Shown here piece by piece: positions 59,068 to 64,000 of a stretch of 64,000 nt of DNA. The stretch comes from a virus. The translations under genes were made by a program, and so were the position numbers. How positions within the stretch are numbered: position 1 is the first letter of the stretch; each line of letters starts with the position of its first letter. The stretch is taken from IMG/VR virus record IMGVR_UViG_3300024265_000043, positions 1-64,000 of that record, one strand, 5' to 3'. The notes beneath the pieces are model-generated. The model worked only from the letters and a program-made list of their open reading frames with translations. It was not told where the DNA came from and did no database searches.

Positions 59068-60150
59068 TTAGATTCTTATGGGCATTAACAGTGCGGTTAT
59101 ATCGACGCCACAAGGTAATTTGTCCTTAATGATCGTGGCACCATAGTTATAAAAATCCCTATCTTCTCGTGGCTGCGTGCGCTTTGAATACTGCACTTCC
59201 ACAATTTCGGACTTAAGACTTTTAAGTACGGTTTCTAAAAGGGCTAAGTCATAAGCCACCGGGGCGTCGTCGCCACACTGTTCTTGTAGCTGCACTGTGT
59301 TTTCCCATTCCGTGCAGCTCTCAATATCTTCAACGAATACCCTTAGATCTTTTGGGGAAAAAGTAAATACACCCTTTTTGGTTTCCTTGTTAGCAAATCC
59401 TAGACCTTCTTTAATCGTGCCGATTAAATCGGTTCTGTTAATATCAGCCAAGCCGCCGAAATCAGAAGGGAAAACCGAGCGAAAATCTGGATAGACTTCA
59501 TCAACAAGATGAGAATATATTTTCATTCCCTCGGTTGTGACTCTCAAATACTTATCTCCAATTTCCACAAATGGGGCCTCCGTCCCTTTCTTGTCGATAA
59601 GTTTTAGCCATTCAGGGCTAATAATTCCCTCAAATTCGCCTGCATCGGCTGTAAATCCTTCACGTAGGCACATTTTGTGCCCATCCGTGGAACACATTTC
59701 CAATAGCCCGTCTATTTGCTTCACATAGACGCCCATCAGCGACGGCTTTAGTTCGTCCTTTGAGATAAATCCAACTTGTACTTGCAGGTTCTCAATAATG
59801 GATCTTGACCACCTGCCAAGGGGTGTAAAAGTATCTTCTGGATGGATTGGGAATTGTTCAGGGTCAGTATTGGGAAATTTCACCTTTTTCCCATCATACC
59901 CCAGGACTACCTTGTCCCCGTCGGTTTCAATCTCAATATTGGCTGGTTTGGTTGCCAGTACCTTTTTTAAGACCTTCAACGGTATTGCATAATTGCCCGC
60001 TATATCTATCGGAATTGTGACGGTTGTATCAAGATTTGTAATTCTTGCAATTCCGCCACTTATGCAGATCATCCCAAGTATTGGATAAGTTGGGTTTGCA
60101 GTCAAGATTTTGGTTGATAGTTTTGTTAGTCGTGTTAGTTCGTTAATCAT
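59068..60150 (-). CDS. dnaN: DNA polymerase III beta sliding clamp
   Basis: YPIL, TNLD, QFP, STDGHKM, YPDFRSVFP, C-terminal LLMPIRI. Confidence 0.88.
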   Translation of the reverse strand: MINELTRLTKLSTKILTANPTYPILGMICISGGIARITNLDTTVTIPIDIAGNYAIPLKVLKKVLATKPANIEIETDGDKVVLGYDGKKVKFPNTDPEQFPIHPEDTFTPLGRWSRSIIENLQVQVGFISKDELKPSLMGVYVKQIDGLLEMCSTDGHKMCLREGFTADAGEFEGIISPEWLKLIDKKGTEAPFVEIGDKYLRVTTEGMKIYSHLVDEVYPDFRSVFPSDFGGLADINRTDLIGTIKEGLGFANKETKKGVFTFSPKDLRVFVEDIESCTEWENTVQLQEQCGDDAPVAYDLALLETVLKSLKSEIVEVQYSKRTQPREDRDFYNYGATIIKDKLPCGVDITALLMPIRI

Positions 60151-60190
60151 TTTTCTGCCTTTCGATTGTTGTTTAACCTCATTCGTTAGT

Positions 60191-60237
60191 TGCTACCGTA
60201 GGCAATGAGCCTAGTAATGCCGTCGCATTCGGTAGCA
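60191..60237 (-). ncRNA. Three-way-junction element, copy 2
   Basis: - strand TGCTACCG AATGC gacg GCATT ac TAGG ctcattg CCTA CGGTAGCA acta. Confidence 0.65.
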
Positions 60238-60242
60238 TTCCT

Positions 60243-60458
60243 TTATTTCCTTATAAATTCCCCCACTTCATAAAATACATGTCGTGTTATTAAGTCGCCA
60301 TTTTCATCGGTGAAATCCGCCCTTGCACGCTTGCCCCTAGTTTCCAGCAGTTGCCCGCACTGAATCCGTGCCCCTTCGATAATTTGGTCTAGGCTACCGA
60401 TAGCCTTGTATTCCTTAACCGGGACATGAGAAGCACTATAAATAGTTACTGTGGTCAT
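60243..60458 (-). CDS. Hypothetical protein
   Basis: 71 aa. Confidence 0.55.
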   Translation of the reverse strand: MTTVTIYSASHVPVKEYKAIGSLDQIIEGARIQCGQLLETRGKRARADFTDENGDLITRHVFYEVGEFIRK

Positions 60459-60469
60459 AGTCCTGCCCT

Positions 60470-60805
60470 CTAATAATCGTCGTTACGTGATAATTCTAAG
60501 CAGTCAACGCTGCAATAAGTATCATCTAAATCGCTCGGGTGAATCTCACCTCCGCATTGTTCACAAGATCCTTTGGCAGTTTGTGGATCATTAGACAGTT
60601 TTAAATCTGGATCATCAAATGGTGTGCTTTCCTTCTCTCCATACTCATAAAGAATATCGGCAATCTTCTGCATTATTTCCGTGGGCAATGATAGCCAATG
60701 CGTGGAGGTGTCCCCGTGGTGCATTTTTATTTGTCCCTTATATTCTGAATCCTTGCACGAATCCAAAACAGGCTCAATTTGGTTTTTGTGGTAGTTGTAG
60801 CTCAT
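60470..60805 (-). CDS. Hypothetical protein with C-terminal Zn finger
   Basis: CEQC...YCSVDC. Confidence 0.6.
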   Translation of the reverse strand: MSYNYHKNQIEPVLDSCKDSEYKGQIKMHHGDTSTHWLSLPTEIMQKIADILYEYGEKESTPFDDPDLKLSNDPQTAKGSCEQCGGEIHPSDLDDTYCSVDCLELSRNDDY

Positions 60806-60985
60806 TTATTTCCCCTTTCCCCGAATGTGCCCAGTAACAACAAACCGCCTAAATGATGCAACGACGCCCGCAACCGTACCTTTATAGGTAGGTCCGAAGG
60901 ATACGCCAGTCCAGCCACAAGGCCTTATTTCTAATGATAGCCACACCCTACTTTTGGATATATTGCCAATGCTGAAATGCTTCAT
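60806..60985 (-). CDS. Small hypothetical protein
   Basis: Probable start MKHF at TAATG overlap. Confidence 0.4.
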   Translation of the reverse strand: MKHFSIGNISKSRVWLSLEIRPCGWTGVSFGPTYKGTVAGVVASFRRFVVTGHIRGKGK

Positions 60986-61284
60986 TAGGTTGCCCCTTCG
61001 ACTAGGAATTGACCAACAGCGACAAAATATGCAGGGTGATCTTTGGGGAGTCGGTCCCGCAATAGATCGGCACAACAGGCGCTTAACTCGGTGCCGTCTA
61101 TTTCGTCAGATTCGTCACTATAGCGACCATTAAGGGTAAAGTCTACTAGCCCCGTAGAATCGAAAGCAGCCGTAAACCTATTGCCTTGAAGGGTCGAACA
61201 AGGCCAGCCTACGCTTAACCAGTCGTATACATCCCCTTGGCTGGCGTACAGGGTGACAAAATTCTCTGTTATTTCTACTCTCAT
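60985..61284 (-). CDS. Hypothetical phage protein
   Basis: WPCSTL...FDS.GLVD motif. Confidence 0.6.
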   Translation of the reverse strand: MRVEITENFVTLYASQGDVYDWLSVGWPCSTLQGNRFTAAFDSTGLVDFTLNGRYSDESDEIDGTELSACCADLLRDRLPKDHPAYFVAVGQFLVEGAT

Positions 61285-61296
61285 TGGAATTGCCCT

Positions 61297-61614
61297 TTAT
61301 CTTAGGTGTTGATGTGCCGCACAATAAGTATTGTCTGTGAGCGCCATATAAACACGGTGGCAAGTATGGCAATTAAATAATTCATCTGGGTTTACTTCAA
61401 CCGCAACCCCATTAACAATATGCGCTTGGAAATCATCGTCCCAATAATCATCTGGTAAATAAACGTGCTGCGCTTCATCAATTTGGCCCCATTCCCCTTC
61501 ACCGCAGGCACGATCTACGATGCCGTTATTTACGCGCAAGAATATCGTGCTAACGCCACCCTTATCTTTATAAAATGGGTCGTCGTTTTTAATTTCTGTC
61601 TGATAATACCTCAT
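61297..61614 (-). CDS. Hypothetical protein with Cys/His cluster
   Basis: CHTC...CAAH. Confidence 0.6.
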   Translation of the reverse strand: MRYYQTEIKNDDPFYKDKGGVSTIFLRVNNGIVDRACGEGEWGQIDEAQHVYLPDDYWDDDFQAHIVNGVAVEVNPDELFNCHTCHRVYMALTDNTYCAAHQHLR

Positions 61615-61650
61615 AATTCTTGCCTTTCGATGTGTTTAACCTCAGTGAGT

Positions 61651-61696
61651 GCCGTCGTAAGTAATGGACTTAGTAAGGGCTGTACCCTTCGACGGC
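61651..61696 (-). ncRNA. Three-way-junction element, copy 1
   Basis: - strand GCCGTCG AAGGG tacag CCCTT ac TAAG tccatta CTTA CGACGGC actc. Confidence 0.65.
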
Positions 61697-61706
61697 GGGA
61701 ATTATG

Positions 61707-61922
61707 CTAGAGTATCAATTCTTGCTCGGTTTCAATTATACACGCTTCCCAATATTCAGCCAGCCAGGAAAGATCGTCTGATGCGTCACTAATTGCGCTA
61801 TCAACTTGGTGGCATTCACCATATGTGGGCTGAATAATATCATCAACATAAGACCTCAATTCTTCCACCACCATAATGGCTCTTTTTAAATCGGTGATTT
61901 GCTCGGATGTTGGTTTTGGCAT
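61707..61922 (-). CDS. Small acidic hypothetical protein
   Basis: 71 aa. Confidence 0.55.
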   Translation of the reverse strand: MPKPTSEQITDLKRAIMVVEELRSYVDDIIQPTYGECHQVDSAISDASDDLSWLAEYWEACIIETEQELIL

Positions 61923-61923
61923 T

Positions 61924-62202
61924 TTAGTATGTCCTTCTGTCAGATAATGGTCGTTTAGTTGCGTATGCCAATTCGTCGCGTAATTGAAATTCGATTTCTT
62001 CTTTTGCGGCTTTCAACGTATCCCAAATGCCAGCATATTGATATAGTGTCCCATCATTATAATGTAATTCAGCATACCAGCCTTGTTTTTCACCATAACG
62101 GGCTTTACGGATCTGACCAAATTTCTCCCCAGCACTATAGCGATAATAGCCCTTTACAGGGTCATTCCGTCGCCATTCGCCTAGTTTGTTGTTGTCGGTC
62201 AT
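61924..62202 (-). CDS. Hypothetical protein, first gene of - operon
   Basis: Start MTDNN after AAAGGCA SD. Confidence 0.6.
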   Translation of the reverse strand: MTDNNKLGEWRRNDPVKGYYRYSAGEKFGQIRKARYGEKQGWYAELHYNDGTLYQYAGIWDTLKAAKEEIEFQLRDELAYATKRPLSDRRTY

Positions 62203-63461
62203 TTGATGATTGCCTTTCAACTGTTATTTAACCTCAATTCTAGAATCAATTTCGCCCCTCACTACCTCATTGTCAAGTCTTTTCTTATCTTTTTTATTAT
62301 CTCATTCGTACTCCTTATATATAGGGCATACCACCCCAAACTTTATTTTAAAGCAAATGTGTGAATATTACGTCACATCATCGCCTAGCAACTCTTAATA
62401 TATAAAGTACCCCATAGCGTCCCCTTATATCTCTTGTATATACTCTCTACTCATGCCCTTTTAAAGGACTTACACCATATATCACACTTATTATATGTTG
62501 CTTATATCTTATATACTGGTAATCATTCAGTAATACTAACCTGCTACTACACCACACCACCTAACTAGAACAGCAACAAGGCACCCCTAAAGTATATATA
62601 TTCTCAATATGATACACTGCACATAGCACAGCACACAACGCCCCACTCATGCCCTTTTACTGAACTTAGCCCATGTATATATATAAGATAGTGTATGTGA
62701 AGATATACTACATGTATCATAATGAGACATAGAATCATTTAATAGAGGACAAGCAATACTTGTTTTCGTTCGCAGCCCCTTTTGACGATTCGCCCCAAAT
62801 TTTCCACTTACCATATACCCAGCCATACCGCACAATAATCTAGTGTAGATTATTACATTGGATGTGTGCCCCGTCGTGATAGGTATGCTAAGGGATGGGG
62901 GTTAGTTACATTTGGGGGAGTCCCACCGCTTGAACCGGGGAGGTCCCCCACCATTACTACCCATTCCGTGCCTTATTTTTACTTGTAAGGGAAATTATAT
63001 TTAATTGCGGCTAGTGTATTGGTGTTGTGTTCGGTTGTTTATTTCTTGGAGGTATGGCTATATACGTATATAATTACACCATCCAGAAATGGACCAGTTT
63101 TGTTTGAATCACCTAGACAATTATGTGATATCACACTTTATTATGTTAATTAGAATGATTTGTCTTAATTAGAAGATATTGATTTCATGGGACTTAAGTG
63201 TTATGCTTGTATGTAGTACTATAAACATACCATCCAGAAATGGACCTTTTGCCCCTGCATATATGTATTCTAGTAAGCTTTGATTCTTAAAGAAAAGAAT
63301 ATATCCCCCCTCCAAAAGTCTATTTCGGGATGCGTGTGTAGGATGATAGCATGTATGTATGTTAGCATGCAACCAAAACGATTTTATTTCTTGTTGTTAT
63401 GCGTAGGTATGTTTATATTGTTGCATGTAGATAGTATAACATAATATAATAAGGAGAGCAA
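62203..63461. other. Long AT-rich non-coding divergent control region with repeats and palindromes
   Basis: No credible ORFs; direct repeats ACTCATGCCCTTTTA x2 and ACCATCCAGAAATGGACC x2; palindromes TATATACGTATATA and TGTGATATCACA. Confidence 0.7.
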
Positions 63462-63845
63462 ATGTTGTATGATTATTCGCGTGCGGTTTATGTTCAGGTT
63501 GCTGAATTTATTCGTGAGTCAATTCTGAGCGGGGAGTATCCCGAGGGTGAGAAAATCCCATCATCGGGGGAGTTGGCGGAAATCTATGAAACCTCTAGGC
63601 AGACCGTGCTCCTCGCTGTGAAGGAACTTAGGTTTGAAGGATACCTAGATAGCCAAATTGGACACACAATCAACGTCATAGACGGAGCAAGGCTGGGAGT
63701 CAAGGCTTGGATATTAAAACTCCTGAACGAACGAGATGTGCCGAAAATTGTGAAAACGGCAAGGTTGCTCGAAATGACACAGACCGAGTTGATTGGTCTA
63801 CTGAAAGCAGAATTTGAGAAACCAGAGCCTGAAAAATCTTCTTGA
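63462..63845 (+). CDS. GntR-family transcriptional regulator (YtrA-like)
   Basis: VYVQVAEFIRESILSGEY.EGEKIPS..ELA.....SRQTV..A..EL...G, short helical C-terminus; AAGGAG SD. Confidence 0.88.
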   Translation: MLYDYSRAVYVQVAEFIRESILSGEYPEGEKIPSSGELAEIYETSRQTVLLAVKELRFEGYLDSQIGHTINVIDGARLGVKAWILKLLNERDVPKIVKTARLLEMTQTELIGLLKAEFEKPEPEKSS

Positions 63846-63878
63846 CTTTTTGATATCTCATGTTTTAAACTTACGCAG

Positions 63879-64000
63879 ATGGTAGATAACTCAAATATCA
63901 AACAATGTTCAGTCCAGGGATGCCAGGGGAAATACTACTGTAAAGGCCATTGCCGGAAACATTATTTGAGAGTTCGCCGAGGAAATTCTAATATGTCGCT
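63879..64000 (+). CDS. Partial ORF with CxxxxC...GxCxxHY Zn-binding motif (often N-terminal to HNH nucleases)
   Basis: MVDNSNIKQCSVQGCQGKYYCKGHCRKHYLR, runs off window end. Confidence 0.55.
   Translation, partial: MVDNSNIKQCSVQGCQGKYYCKGHCRKHYLRVRRGNSNMS

Larger units (their letters stand above)
1..64000. mobile_element. Tailed bacteriophage (siphovirus-like) genome segment
   Basis: Terminase-portal-protease-capsid-tail-tape measure-fiber module on +, replication/recombination/early genes on -; no sheath gene recognised; no host housekeeping operons. Confidence 0.95.

Noticed and set aside
55619-61696. Structured repeats as CRISPR array, intrinsic terminators, hammerhead ribozymes or canonical attC sites
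   Set aside because: They are dispersed between genes rather than regularly spaced, lack U-tracts, lack the CUGAnGA/GAAA core, and are branched, with RYYYAAC/GTTRRRY not forming the stem ends
62890-62950. G-quadruplex
   Set aside because: G-runs are separated by long loops and compete with local C-run hairpins
1-64000. Stop-codon reassignment
   Set aside because: Code 11 gives long, tightly packed ORFs, with TAA, TAG and TGA all used as stops

Overview
The whole window is a tailed dsDNA bacteriophage genome segment, probably most of a siphovirus-like genome, in genetic code 11, with no host chromosomal flank seen. The + arm (1-35383) carries a nuclease and SNF2 helicase, an N4/N6 DNA methyltransferase with an in-frame LAGLIDADG insertion, a holin, a C39-like peptidase, and the full morphogenesis module. 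That module runs terminase, portal, protease/scaffold, capsid, GH108 endolysin, two paralogous tail-tube-like genes, a -1 frameshifted tail chaperone, tape measure, tail tip and fiber. The - arm (35390-62202) carries replication, recombination and early genes: DnaB, initiator, RecT/YqaJ, acyl carrier protein, tyrosine recombinase, HNH, a second SNF2, a Thg1-like protein, a TopoVI-A/TOPRIM-like protein, two more methyltransferases, a beta clamp and many small ORFs. A ~1.25 kb non-coding divergent control region (62203-63461) and a GntR/YtrA regulator follow. The most notable observations are: (1) six intergenic, covarying three-way-junction elements with tRNA acceptor/T-arm-like geometry that punctuate the early operon; (2) an intein-less LAGLIDADG domain inside the methyltransferase; (3) a 19-bp tandem duplication that splits a polyvalent methyltransferase gene; (4) a tandem-palindrome, probably leaderless late promoter next to a small HTH gene. 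All functional calls come from motif recognition by eye; no database searches were run.
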